This document shows, in pieces, positions 21,401-30,611 of a stretch of 64,000 bases of DNA. How positions within the stretch are numbered: position 1 is the stretch's first letter; each line of letters starts with the position of its first letter. The DNA is from Longimicrobiales bacterium (GTDB taxonomy: Bacteria > Gemmatimonadota > Gemmatimonadetes > Longimicrobiales > Gaopeijiaceae). A program made the translations under genes and the position numbers. A model generated the notes under the pieces. That model made no database searches. It had not been told where the DNA came from and saw only the letters and a list, made by a program, of their open reading frames with translations. The stretch covers positions 1 through 64,000 of the forward strand of contig CAXXKM010000002.1 of NCBI GenBank assembly GCA_963664435.2, in the 5' to 3' direction.

Positions 21401-22758
21401 ATGTCGCGGCCGCGATGACCTCGAGCACCGTCTCGGCGATCGCCCGCCGCGTCGACGCGGTGGCCAGCGGGATGGGCATGCAGCGGCGCGTCGAGACGAA
21501 CGGGCTCTCGTCGATGGCCGCGCGCCTGTCCGCGCCGGACGCAGGGGGTCTCGGCCTCGCGCAAGGCGATCAGGCCGGCCTGGCCGCCCTCTTCGGCGGC
21601 ATTTCATTCCAGATGCCCTTGGGCGCCTCCGACGCGCAGCAGCAGTCCGCCACGGGCACGCAGCTGGGGAGCTGGGGAGCGGGCGAGTACCACCACCTCG
21701 GCGAACCCGGCGCGAGCGCCCTCGACTGGAAGGGCAACATGGTGAGCGCCCACGCCGGCCTGGACGTGCGCGTGGGGCCGGACATCCTGGCGGGTGTCGC
21801 GGGCTCGTACTCCTCGGGCAGCTTCGACTTCACCGACAAGACCGGCGCCAGCCCGGTGAGAGGCACCTACGGCGCCACCATGACCAGCGTACATCCCTAC
21901 ATGGCGTGGTTCTCCGGCGCGGGCGGCGCCTCGGTGTGGGGCTCGGCCGGGCTCGGCCGGGGCGACATCGAGGTCGACGACGAGCGCGAGGGACTCCGCA
22001 CCAGCCCCGCGAGCATGCTTACGGGGGCGGGGGGCGCCAGCTATCAGCTGTTCACGCGCGGCACGGGCGGCGTGCGCATCAAGGCCGAGGGCTGGTACGG
22101 CGAGGTCACGGTCGACGGCAGCGAGCAGATCGGAGAGGTGACGCTCGAGATGCAGCGCGGCAAGCTCGCCCTGGAGTTGACGCAGGGCTTCCGCTCCGGC
22201 ACCGAAAGCGAGATGGCGTTCGTGCTCGAGGGCGGCATGCGCTACGACGACGGGGACGCCATCAACGGCACCAGCGCGGAAGTCGGCGGCGGACTCCGCT
22301 ACACGAACCCCGGGCTGGGACTGACCGCGGAGGGCCGCGGGCGGTTCGTGATCTCGGCGCGCCAGGGCTACGAGGAATGGGGCCTCGGCGGCATGCTCAT
22401 GTTCGATCCTGCGGCCCGCGGCCAGGGGCTGCAGGTCAGGGTGGCGCCTTCGTACGGCGACCACACGAGCGGGGTGAACCAGCTCTGGGAGCGCGGCGTC
22501 TCTGACGCGGTGGGCGGCCACGGCCTGGGGATGGGTCCCAACGTGGACGGCGAAGTGGCGTACGGCATCGCCGGCTTCCAGGGGACGCCCTACAGCGGCT
22601 TCTACCTGGGCCAGGGTGGCACGCGGGCCTTCAGCAGCGGCGTACGCTACGATCTGGGCTCAGGGGTCGGGCTGCGCCTCGAAGGTACGCGGCGTGAGAA
22701 GGGGTTCGGGACGGCACAACACACCGTCGGCATCCGGGGACGGTTGCGCTTCCGGTAG
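18496..22758 (+). CDS. Autotransporter-like adhesin A: Ig-like, SwmB-like, 7 fibronectin type III domains, beta-barrel
   Basis: Signal peptide, LRDEAGNLA, seven P..P..L...W..P..GG..I.GYRIE...YRV.AIN repeats, barrel ending GRLRFR. Confidence 0.85.
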   Translation: MMIPNKLRIPVRFFLVAAVGGAVLAPSMGAHAQEPFSDSSDGAVRPVAKRVAAKAAVPPRITSMRHEWTGDRQEEFRLEIRFSQAVTGFDVDDIRVFGATLDRSSFIGTTSRYFVTMDTWPNREDLVIVTIDGNVAVNDDGDGNIGDDYTFHADTRAPIARNAEVDGRELVVSFHEDLDEGTIPPVGNFDVYVTRDGDRDDERVSRVEVQAAEVILTLARAVRFDDVVELFYDDAGTRALRDEAGNLADPFDLPVVNETADGEAPDPPRGLSAEADGATVIELSWRAPLDRGSSAIIGYWIEVSTDGGDTWSTLVRDTGDTTTRYRHTSLSADTTLHYRVSAINSYDTGDPSSVASATTEEHVPGTPRGLTAGARGTSAIELDWRAPLSAGTAAVTGYRIETSPNGRSAWTVLEADTESTTTAYTHRDLSPGTTRHYRVAAISRVGRSAWSSVVHATTNVTTPGAPTGLKAVPSVVGGSTQLLLTWTRPVTDGGSAVTGYRIETSPNGVAGWTLVAAGTATTYVHTGLAPGTTRYYRVAAVNRVGRSAWSDVTPGTTNPASPGQPQNLRARGAGPRSITLTWDAPTSDGGARITGYRVRARGPNDGTWIIVRPNTGSTATTFTHTGLQPATAYRYQVAAINSVGAGAWSFEAGTNTHPDVPGAPFDLTARAVGTSRIDLSWSAPSNTGGAPILGYRIEASGDAGGTWRIIRRNTGSTATTFSDLNLQPATTRHYRVAVINTAGTGPFSNYAGATTDATLPGVPQRVSAEADGTSRIELSWQAPTGDGGARVTGYRIEVSENAGASWQDLVANTRNTLTTYSHTGLEPATTRHYRVSAVNRIGVGRASRVTSATTDATVPDAPTGLVATAVTPTQINLAWVAPAYDGGAPITAYRIEVSETGAAWADLASNSGSTATAFSHTGLQPGSVRHYRVSAINRVGAGAASTSATAATDDPVQRAGRLNTRVLPHVAAAMTSSTVSAIARRVDAVASGMGMQRRVETNGLSSMAARLSAPDAGGLGLAQGDQAGLAALFGGISFQMPLGASDAQQQSATGTQLGSWGAGEYHHLGEPGASALDWKGNMVSAHAGLDVRVGPDILAGVAGSYSSGSFDFTDKTGASPVRGTYGATMTSVHPYMAWFSGAGGASVWGSAGLGRGDIEVDDEREGLRTSPASMLTGAGGASYQLFTRGTGGVRIKAEGWYGEVTVDGSEQIGEVTLEMQRGKLALELTQGFRSGTESEMAFVLEGGMRYDDGDAINGTSAEVGGGLRYTNPGLGLTAEGRGRFVISARQGYEEWGLGGMLMFDPAARGQGLQVRVAPSYGDHTSGVNQLWERGVSDAVGGHGLGMGPNVDGEVAYGIAGFQGTPYSGFYLGQGGTRAFSSGVRYDLGSGVGLRLEGTRREKGFGTAQHTVGIRGRLRFR

Positions 22759-22818
22759 AGAGCAGGAACGGCGGCGAGAAGACCCGGGGGAAGGTCCCCA
22801 GCGGACAGCCACGGGCGC

Positions 22819-23082
22819 TCAGGCTGGTCCTGGGCGCCCCCCCGTCTCCACGTCCATCGGCGAAATGATGTCGCCGAGAATCTCAATGTTCCCGCGATCC
22901 GCGCCGAACCAGTCCCGGAACCGCTTGCGGCAGGGAACGAGCCGCGCCGTGGGATGCCCGTTCTTGGTGATGACGATTTCGACTCCGCTCTCCGCCACCT
23001 CATCCATCAGCCGGAGACAAGTCGCCTTGAATTCGGACGCCCTGATCGTGCGGGATCCACCTCCTGTATCATCGACCGCCAT
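22819..23082 (-). CDS. Phd/YefM family antitoxin (orphan)
   Basis: TIRASEFKATCLRLMDEVAESG.EIVITKNG.P.ARLVP, GGAGGTGA SD. No toxin downstream. Confidence 0.85.
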   Translation of the reverse strand: MAVDDTGGGSRTIRASEFKATCLRLMDEVAESGVEIVITKNGHPTARLVPCRKRFRDWFGADRGNIEILGDIISPMDVETGGRPGPA

Positions 23083-23115
23083 CGTGTCACCTCCTTCCCT
23101 GGCCGGGGCATAAAA

Positions 23116-23140
23116 ATGACCATGGTCATGTCCATGGACA
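23116..23140. promoter_or_regulatory. Tandem palindromic operator of the antitoxin promoter
   Basis: ATGACCATGGTCAT and TGTCCATGGACA, adjacent and sharing a CCATGG core. Confidence 0.6.
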
Positions 23141-23147
23141 ATGCTCT

Positions 23148-23447
23148 CACTCTTCCACGCGTCACCGGCCCGGATGCCCCGGCTGAACAGCGTTGCCAAC
23201 CCTGCCCGGCAGCCTGTCCCACAGCGTCCGCGACCGCCTGGGTCGCGGGCGGCAGATCCGACAGGCCGGTAGCGAGGGGATTGCGTCGACGACGAAGGCA
23301 GGATCGAGATAGGGGGACGCCATCCTCATCAAGACCGCCCCGCACCAGCAGCGACCGCACGGGACTCGCTGCCGCCGATTCGGCGGCAGCTTCGGAGACA
23401 CGGTGGCCGAACGCCTTGTTGTAGAGATAATCGCTGGTGCAATAGTA
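23148..23447 (-). pseudogene. Frameshifted relic of the C-terminal tail of an M66-like peptidase lipoprotein
   Basis: SDYLYNKAF..VRSLLVRGGLDEDG / YLDPAFVVDAIPSLP / TLFSRGIRAGDAWK match the end of 36101-40870. Confidence 0.7.
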
Positions 23448-23454
23448 GGGCCCG

Positions 23455-23610
23455 CGCGATCTCAGGCGGCTCCTGATCACCGGAGCCATGGCGGTTATTC
23501 GGCACGCGATCCGGTGCGGCGCGAACACGGATCCGTGGCTGGCCGCGATGTTGTCACGCAAGCCGAACAAGGTAGTCGCGGTGGCACTCGCAAACCCGAT
23601 CGCCGCCGGA
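23455..23610 (+). mobile_element. IS110-family transposase C-terminal fragment
   Basis: RDLRRLLITGAMAVIR...WLAAMLSRKPNKVVAVALAN. Confidence 0.75.
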
Positions 23611-23621
23611 AGGTCCGGACC

Positions 23622-23727
23622 GCCGGTCGGCTCGACCACCGGCTCAAGACCCTCACCCACCCCGTGCTCCTGGTCGTAGACGAGATCGGCTACCTCTCGG
23701 TCACCCGCAGCGGCGCCATCCTCTTGC
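23622..23727 (+). mobile_element. istB: IS21 IstB helper ATPase fragment
   Basis: GRLDHRLKTLTHPVLLVVDEIGYL.VTRSGA.LL (Walker B region). Confidence 0.7.
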
Positions 23728-23864
23728 ACTCCCCGACGTGTCTGTCGTATTCATTGCCGGCGCAATCGCGTAGTAATCGCACATGCTACGATCGCATGAG
23801 AAGTTCGGCGCGCGCCGTTGCGACATCTGGATCAATTGGAGCACCGAGGAAGAGAGTGGAAGCA

Positions 23865-26800
23865 ATGGGTGGGCGCAACGAGCAGTTGGCGCGAGCATTG
23901 TCGCTGGGCGCGGTCTTGCTGGCGTCGGCCGCGTGGGCGGTTGCCTGCGGCGACGGAGCCGTGGAACCGACGTCCGCCGATGGGCTCCGGCCGACCACGG
24001 TGGCCGTAACCCCGGCGACGGCGGCCAATTTGCCCCAGGGGGCCACGCTGCAGCTCACTGCGGTGGTGCGGGACCAAAACGGGCAGGCGATGGAGGGCTC
24101 GGCGGTGGCATGGTCGACCAGTGATGCCTCGGTCGCAACCGTGGACGCCTCGGGCCTGGTGACGGCGGTGGCCGAAGGGCCGGCGACGGCCAACATCACG
24201 GTCGCCGCGGGTGGCGCCTCCGCGACCGTGCAGCTCTTCGTGGCGGATCCGCAGTTCGCCGTGCTGACAGCCCTCTATATGGCGACTGAGGGCGACAATT
24301 GGGACCGCAACGACGGGTGGCTCGAATCGCGCGACTTGGGGACGTGGCACGGGGTGACGACCGACAATGCCGGTCGCGTGACGGGACTCGACCTCCCGGC
24401 TAACAGCCTGACTGGCCGCATTCCGCCCAAGCTGGGCGACCTCGAACACCTGGAAGTCCTGACCCTCGACCGCAACGATTTGTCAGGGCCGATCCCACCG
24501 GAGCTGGGCGAGCTCGCCAATCTGAAACACCTGGACCTCGGCTCCAACGACCTGACGGACTCGATCCCGGGCGAGTTGGGCAACCTCGAGAGCCTCGAGA
24601 TCCTGACCCTCGACCGCAACGGCTTGTCGGGCTCGATCCCGCGTGAGCTCGCCGGGCTCGCCAATCTGAAGCACTTGGACCTCGGCTCCAACGACCTGAC
24701 AGGCTCGATCCCGGGCGAGCTGGCCAACCTCGATAGCCTGACCCTGTTGCACCTTGACCGCAACAGCCTCGCCGGTCGCATCCCGTCCGAGTTGGCCGAG
24801 CTCGCCGACATGCGGAGCCTGCTACTTCACGACAATGACTTGGTCGGCCCGATGCCGCCCGCGCTGGGCGAGCTCGCCAGCTTGCGGCAACTGTACCTGC
24901 ACCACAATGGGCTGACGGGTCGGATTCCGTCGGAACTGGGCGAGCTGTCCCGGTTGGAGGCGCTGTGGATCAGTCACAACAGCCTTGGCGGCGGCCTCCC
25001 GCCGGAGCTGGGCGGGCTCGACAGCCTGAGCTGGCTCCTGGTCGGCGACAACCCGCTTTCGGGTCCGTTGCCGCTTGAACTCGAAGGGCTGCCGCTGGAG
25101 GTGTTCGGCTATTCGAACACGCGGTTGTGCGTGCCGGGCGACGAGTCCTTCCGGACATGGCTGAACGCCATCCCTGAGCACGGCGGCACGGGCGCGGACT
25201 GCGCGCCGGCCGATGACCGGAGCATCCTCGAGATTCTGTACAACGCGACGGACGGTCCCAACTGGACCAACAACGAGAACTGGCTGACCGACGCACCGCT
25301 CGGAGAGTGGTACGGCGTGGACACGGATGACTCAGGGCGCGTGACAAGCCTGGTCCTGGAGATCAAGTGGGACGAAGAGGCTCGCTCGTGGGTGACGGGG
25401 AGTCTGAGCGGGCACCTCCCTCCAGAACTGGGGAGCCTCTCCCATTTGGAGGTGCTGAATCTCAGGGGCAACAACCTGAGCGGCCGCATCCCGTCCGAAC
25501 TGGGAGGGCTAGTCAGACTCACGGAACTCGATCTTAGCTGGAATCCGTGGGTAGTTGGCCCGATCCCGCCCGAACTGGGGAAGTTGGCCAGGCTTGAGAG
25601 ACTTGAGCTGGGCGATAACCAACGCATGAGCGGAGGGATTCCGCCGGAACTCGGGCGGCTCACCAACCTCGAGGTCCTGGTACTCCACGATGTTCCCCTG
25701 ACCGGTGCGATTTCCCCGGAGCTGGGCAACTTGGTTCAACTCAGGCATCTAGACCTTTCGGAAACCGGTCTTACCGGCCCGTTCCCCTCAAGCTTTGTAC
25801 GACTTCAACGGCTGGAATACCTCCTAATGGAGGCGACCGCCGTTTGCTTGCCGGGCACCTCCGAGTGGGTCGATTGGTCTTCACGGCTGCGGCACTCCAT
25901 TTCATCGTGGTGCAACCAATCGGAAATGAAGGTGCTGGAACGGCTGTATGAGATCTCTGGAGGCCCGAACTGGCCCAACTCCGGCGGCTGGCTTCAGACA
26001 CCCGCGTTGGACGAGTGGCACGGAGTGGCCGCCGATTCTCTGGGACGGGTGCTCGAACTCGATCTCAGCGAAAACGGTCTCACCGGACAGCTTCCGGCAC
26101 ACCTGGGCCAACTGGAACGGATGACAAGTCTTCGCATCGGAAACAATGCCGCACTCGTCGGCCGCCTGCCGGCATCTCTATCCAGACTCGCGCTGAGGGC
26201 CTTCCACTACGGAGGCACCGGTCTGTGTGTTCCCCCTGATGACGCATTCCAGCAATGGCTGGGAGGCATTCCTTCCCACAATGGCACGGGGAAGGAATGC
26301 GGGCTGCTGTCGGACCGCGACATCCTGGGAACCCTCTACGACGCGACGAGCGGGACGAACTGGACCGACAGCGAGAACTGGTTGACGGACTCGTCGTTGG
26401 GAGCATGGCACGGGGTCACGGTGGACGAGTCGGGAAGGGTCGTCAGACTGGATCTTCAGGGTAACAATCTCGAGGGTCCGATTCCGCCCGAACTCGGCCA
26501 CTTGTCAAGCTTGGAGGAGTTGTTCCTCAGGGGAAACAGCCTTTCCGGCGAGATTCCACCGGAACTCGGCAACCTCACTAACCTGCGGCAATTGCGTCTC
26601 TCATTCAACAATCTCGTCGGCGAAATTCCGCCGGAACTCGGCAACCTGTCCAACCTGTTCTACGACTTGGGTCTGTTGGAAAACAACCTGACGGGGTCGA
26701 TTCCGCCGGAGCTCGGCAAGCTCAGTGGATTGCGGTGGCTGTTTCTGGCCGGCAACGACCTGACGGGCGCAATCCCGCCTGAACTCGGCAGCCTCGGTGG

Positions 26801-29135
26801 ATTGGAAACCCTGGCTCTGTGGGAGAATGACCTGACGGGCGCAATCCCGCCCGAGCTTGGCAAGCTTGCCAAGCTCGAGGAGCTATCGGTTTATAACAAC
26901 TCCCTTGGCGGTGTGATCCCGCCCGAATTCGGCAGCCTGGTGAGTTTGGAGGAACTGGATCTCGACAACAACAATCTGGCGGGCCCGATCCCGCCACACC
27001 TGGGCAACCTCGTCCGGCTACAGGAGTTGTATTTGCGAAACAACGACCTGGGCGGCCCGATTCCGCCGGAACTCGGCGGCCTCGCCGAGCTGCGGACGCT
27101 GTACCTGCACGTGAACAATCTCTCGGGTTCGATTCCATCCGAACTCGGCAACCTCGCCAACCTGGATGCCCTACTCCTCGACCGGAACAACCTCTCAGGC
27201 TCGATTCCACCCGAATTCGGCGGCCTCGCCAACCTGCAGTGGCTGTACCTGAACTCCAACGATCTTTCGGGCTCGATTCCGCCCGAACTCGGCAACCTCG
27301 CCAACCTCCAGACGCTGTACCTCACCGGGAACGATCTTTCGGGCTCGATTCCGCCCGAACTCGGCAACCTCGCCAACCTGGGTGGCCTACTCCTCGCCCA
27401 GAACAACCTCTCGGGCTCGATTCCGCCCGAACTCGGCAACCTCGCCAACCTGAAGTGGTTGCAACTGCACGGGAACGATCTTTCGGGCTCGATTCCGCCC
27501 GAACTCGGCAACCTCGCCAACCTCCAGTGGCTGGACCTGGACTCCAACGATCTTTCGGGCTCGATTCCGCCCGAACTCGGCAACCTCGCCAACCTCCAGA
27601 GGCTGAACCTGGACTCCAACGATCTTTCGGGCTCGATTCCGCCCGAGCTCGGCAACCTCGCCAACTTGCAGACGCTGGACCTGGGCGTGAACAACCTCTC
27701 GGGCTCGATTCCGCCGGCACTGGGCACCCTGTCCAGCCTGACACAGCTGTTCATCTCCGACAACCCTCTGGCGGGTCCGTTGCCGCTGGAGTTGTCGGAA
27801 CTGCCGCTTGAATGGTTCCGCTATTACAACACCGACCTGTGCGTGCCGGCCGACGAGTCCTTCCGGACATGGCTGAACGCCATCCCGAATCACAGCGGCA
27901 CGGGCGTGGACTGCGTGTCCGGCGCCCCGGATCTGCTGGTCAGTTCTGTGGACCCGACGGAGATCACGTTGGTGGCGGGCGGATCAGCGGTCAGCGTGAC
28001 GTTCACGATCCACAACGCGGGAGACGGGGCGGCGGACGCAACGACAGCGACCATACGCGCATCCAGCGATTCGACGATTGCCACGGATGACGACCAGATC
28101 GGCACCCTCGCAGTGCCCGGTCTGGCGGCCTCTGACAGTACCGAATTTGTGGCCTCCTTCAACGCCCCCGCTGGCTTGCCGCCGCAGGTCCTGTACGCCG
28201 GGCTGTGCGTGGAGCCCGTGTCAGGGGAATCCGACACCGGGAACAACTGTTCAAGCGCGGTCACGGTGACCATAGTCGCAGGCGTGACGCGGCTGACGAA
28301 CAACTCCTTCGGTGATCTGGAGCCCGCGTGGTCACCGGACGGGACCAAAGTGGCTTTCTATTCCCTGCGCGACGGCAACGCTGAAATCTACGTGATGAAC
28401 GCCGACGGAACGGGGCAGACCCGGCTGACCAGCAACTCCGCCCGCGAGTTTGGGCCCTCGTGGTCGCCGGACGGGGCCAAGATCGCTTTCCAGTCCGACC
28501 GCGACGACAACGCCGAAATCTACGCGATGAACGCCGACGGAGGCGGCACGGTGCGACTGACCAACAACTCGGACGGTGATTATCGGCCCTCGTGGTCGCC
28601 CGACGGCGGCAGGATCGCCTTTTATTCCGACCGTGACGGCAACTCGGAGATCTACGTGATGAACGCCGACGGATCCGAGGAGGTGCGACTGACGAACAAC
28701 TCGGCTGACGATCTGTACCCTGCGTGGTCGCCGGACGGCGCCAAGATCGCTTTCCGGTCCAACCGTGACGGCAACGACGAAATCTACGTGATGAACGCTG
28801 ACGGGACAGGGGCGGCGACGAATCTGACGAACCACTCTACCGACGATCGGGCCCCCGCGTGGTCGCCGGATGGAGCCAAGCTCGTTTTCGAGTCCCAGCG
28901 CGACGGCAACTCGGAGATCTACGTGATGAACGCCGACGGCAGCGGCGTGACGAGATTGACGACCCACCTGAGCGGGGACTATGACCCCGCGTGGTCGCCC
29001 GACGGTACCGGAATCGCTTTCTCGTCAACCCGCGACGGCAACCAGGAAATCTACGTGATAACCGTTCCCGCTTCCGCCACCGCGGCAAGCCAAGTCAAAC
29101 AGTTGCGCTCGGCCCCTCGTGCCGGCCGGGACTAG
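23865..29135 (+). CDS. Lipoprotein: BIG2, four capped LRR blocks, CARDB-like domain, TolB/PD40 propeller
   Basis: AVAC-GDGAVEP lipobox, 24-aa L..L.L..N.LSGSIPPELG.L repeats, six P.WSPDG..IAF.S.RDGN.EIYVM repeats. The ORF extension back to 23403 is IS debris. Confidence 0.88.
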   Translation: MGGRNEQLARALSLGAVLLASAAWAVACGDGAVEPTSADGLRPTTVAVTPATAANLPQGATLQLTAVVRDQNGQAMEGSAVAWSTSDASVATVDASGLVTAVAEGPATANITVAAGGASATVQLFVADPQFAVLTALYMATEGDNWDRNDGWLESRDLGTWHGVTTDNAGRVTGLDLPANSLTGRIPPKLGDLEHLEVLTLDRNDLSGPIPPELGELANLKHLDLGSNDLTDSIPGELGNLESLEILTLDRNGLSGSIPRELAGLANLKHLDLGSNDLTGSIPGELANLDSLTLLHLDRNSLAGRIPSELAELADMRSLLLHDNDLVGPMPPALGELASLRQLYLHHNGLTGRIPSELGELSRLEALWISHNSLGGGLPPELGGLDSLSWLLVGDNPLSGPLPLELEGLPLEVFGYSNTRLCVPGDESFRTWLNAIPEHGGTGADCAPADDRSILEILYNATDGPNWTNNENWLTDAPLGEWYGVDTDDSGRVTSLVLEIKWDEEARSWVTGSLSGHLPPELGSLSHLEVLNLRGNNLSGRIPSELGGLVRLTELDLSWNPWVVGPIPPELGKLARLERLELGDNQRMSGGIPPELGRLTNLEVLVLHDVPLTGAISPELGNLVQLRHLDLSETGLTGPFPSSFVRLQRLEYLLMEATAVCLPGTSEWVDWSSRLRHSISSWCNQSEMKVLERLYEISGGPNWPNSGGWLQTPALDEWHGVAADSLGRVLELDLSENGLTGQLPAHLGQLERMTSLRIGNNAALVGRLPASLSRLALRAFHYGGTGLCVPPDDAFQQWLGGIPSHNGTGKECGLLSDRDILGTLYDATSGTNWTDSENWLTDSSLGAWHGVTVDESGRVVRLDLQGNNLEGPIPPELGHLSSLEELFLRGNSLSGEIPPELGNLTNLRQLRLSFNNLVGEIPPELGNLSNLFYDLGLLENNLTGSIPPELGKLSGLRWLFLAGNDLTGAIPPELGSLGGLETLALWENDLTGAIPPELGKLAKLEELSVYNNSLGGVIPPEFGSLVSLEELDLDNNNLAGPIPPHLGNLVRLQELYLRNNDLGGPIPPELGGLAELRTLYLHVNNLSGSIPSELGNLANLDALLLDRNNLSGSIPPEFGGLANLQWLYLNSNDLSGSIPPELGNLANLQTLYLTGNDLSGSIPPELGNLANLGGLLLAQNNLSGSIPPELGNLANLKWLQLHGNDLSGSIPPELGNLANLQWLDLDSNDLSGSIPPELGNLANLQRLNLDSNDLSGSIPPELGNLANLQTLDLGVNNLSGSIPPALGTLSSLTQLFISDNPLAGPLPLELSELPLEWFRYYNTDLCVPADESFRTWLNAIPNHSGTGVDCVSGAPDLLVSSVDPTEITLVAGGSAVSVTFTIHNAGDGAADATTATIRASSDSTIATDDDQIGTLAVPGLAASDSTEFVASFNAPAGLPPQVLYAGLCVEPVSGESDTGNNCSSAVTVTIVAGVTRLTNNSFGDLEPAWSPDGTKVAFYSLRDGNAEIYVMNADGTGQTRLTSNSAREFGPSWSPDGAKIAFQSDRDDNAEIYAMNADGGGTVRLTNNSDGDYRPSWSPDGGRIAFYSDRDGNSEIYVMNADGSEEVRLTNNSADDLYPAWSPDGAKIAFRSNRDGNDEIYVMNADGTGAATNLTNHSTDDRAPAWSPDGAKLVFESQRDGNSEIYVMNADGSGVTRLTTHLSGDYDPAWSPDGTGIAFSSTRDGNQEIYVITVPASATAASQVKQLRSAPRAGRD
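27114..27725 (+). repeat. Near-identical 72-bp tandem LRR units
   Basis: AACGATCTTTCGGGCTCGATTCCGCCCGAACTCGGCAACCTCGCCAACCT recurs every 72 bp. Confidence 0.9.
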
Positions 29136-29388
29136 GACCCAACGCCCCACGCGCTTTCCTCCGCTTCGCTCGCCCGGGTCCGCCCAAACCGTCTCCGGCG
29201 TGCGATCCGGCAAGCCCGGAGAGCAGATCCTCCCGCACCAGATCGTTTCGCCGTTTCGCGATTACCTCCGAGATTCTGGTCGCCAGCAGCTGTTGCAGCA
29301 GGAGTAAGAACGTGTTCCCCAATGTCTATTCCCTGGAGGTGTCCCGGCATGTAAAGAGAGGGATCGCGAACGGTTTGTTTACTGGGTC

Positions 29389-30313
29389 AACGACGAGAAC
29401 TGGCTGACCGACGCGCCGCTGGGGGACTGGTACGGCGTGAGTACCGACGCCTCCGTGCCTCGGAGCGATTCCGTTTTCATAGCGTGGCTTCAAGGCGTGG
29501 ACCACGACACCGACGGTCTGCCCTCCTGCGAGGACGGCTTCGTAGATGATTTCGACTCCACCGCGAGCCTTGACGACTGGGACGTCCTCAACGCAGACGC
29601 TGCCGTTTCCAACGACGGCCTGCTCGGTTTGACCAACAACGCCAGTGACAGGTGGGGATTAGCGGAGCGCCGCTCGCCGCCGACCCTGACCGCTTGGACA
29701 CCCTCGGCGAGACTGGGCCGGGCCACATCCGATGCGAGCCCAGGCGTTCTCTGATTTACCGGCCACAGCCGATTCTCCCACCTCAGATTCGCATTGACGA
29801 GCAGCGCGAGCGATTCGACGAACTACGAAGTCGCGATATACGACCGTGAGGCAACCCAGTGGATACGGATTTCAAGCATGTCCGGCTTCTCGGAGGCCGG
29901 GCGGGGGGATCTCGGCGGGTTCACGGAAATCAGGCTCGGGCGCGTAAAACAATGATTTTGTCGGATACGCGGACAGCGATGCCTCCGACGGGCCGGCGGA
30001 GCTCTTCAGATTCGACATGGATCGCACGAACCTGGATGGCGTGGGGTTGCGGGATTTCCTGGACCGAGCGACCGGAGTCTGGCTGGTGAATCTTGGTGCC
30101 GAGGGCGAGACCTCGCTCCATGATTGGGTGCGTGCGGTCGGTACGGCTAGTTCTGGCAGCGCTGCGATGGCCCAGGGCGTCGGAGCTGCGATGGCCCAGG
30201 GCGTCGGAGCTGCCCGCCGCATCGATCCCGCGAATGCAGCGACCGGTGGCCGAGCCCCGAGCCAGACCCGGTTGGAGGTGGTCAGCAATGGCATGACGCG
30301 ACCGGAGCGCTAG
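29389..30313 (+). pseudogene. Orphan relic: LRR N-cap fused to LRR C-cap plus an alternative C-terminal domain
   Basis: NDENWLTDAPLGDWYGVSTDAS-VPRSDSVFIAWLQGV..C-EDGFVDDFDS. Stop at 29752-29754, then frameshifts. Confidence 0.65.
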
Positions 30314-30611
30314 CGGTGAATCGCTTCCCTTTGACGGCGCGGTGGCCGGTCGCCGGCGCCGAGCGCAGGTATGCGGTGGCCAACGCCTTGGTGGGGATCG
30401 CGGCCCTTGGGCAGCGGCTTCTCGATGGCGTGGTTACGCTGGCGGCTACGGTCGCAATCGCAGGCTTGCTCCCAGCTTCCGCGCCGGTCGGGACGCTGGA
30501 GGCGGTGTAGCGTGTGGGCGAGCTCGCGGCGTACTGCCTGCACAACGCCCCGGAGCCGGACGACCGGAGTCTGGAGGCGCTGGGGCTGGAGGGGCCACGA
30601 GGCGCTGATCG

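Noticed and set aside
27114..27725. CRISPR array or DGR explanation for the constant/variable repeats
   Set aside because: The units are in-frame LRR codons, the differences are not adenine-specific, and there is no reverse transcriptase in the window.
29136..29388. Short minus-strand ORFs after the LRR/PD40 gene
   Set aside because: No recognisable motif or SD. Possibly debris that I cannot assign.
30316..30610. 64-aa hydrophobic ORF
   Set aside because: No family signal, so it cannot be supported as a gene.
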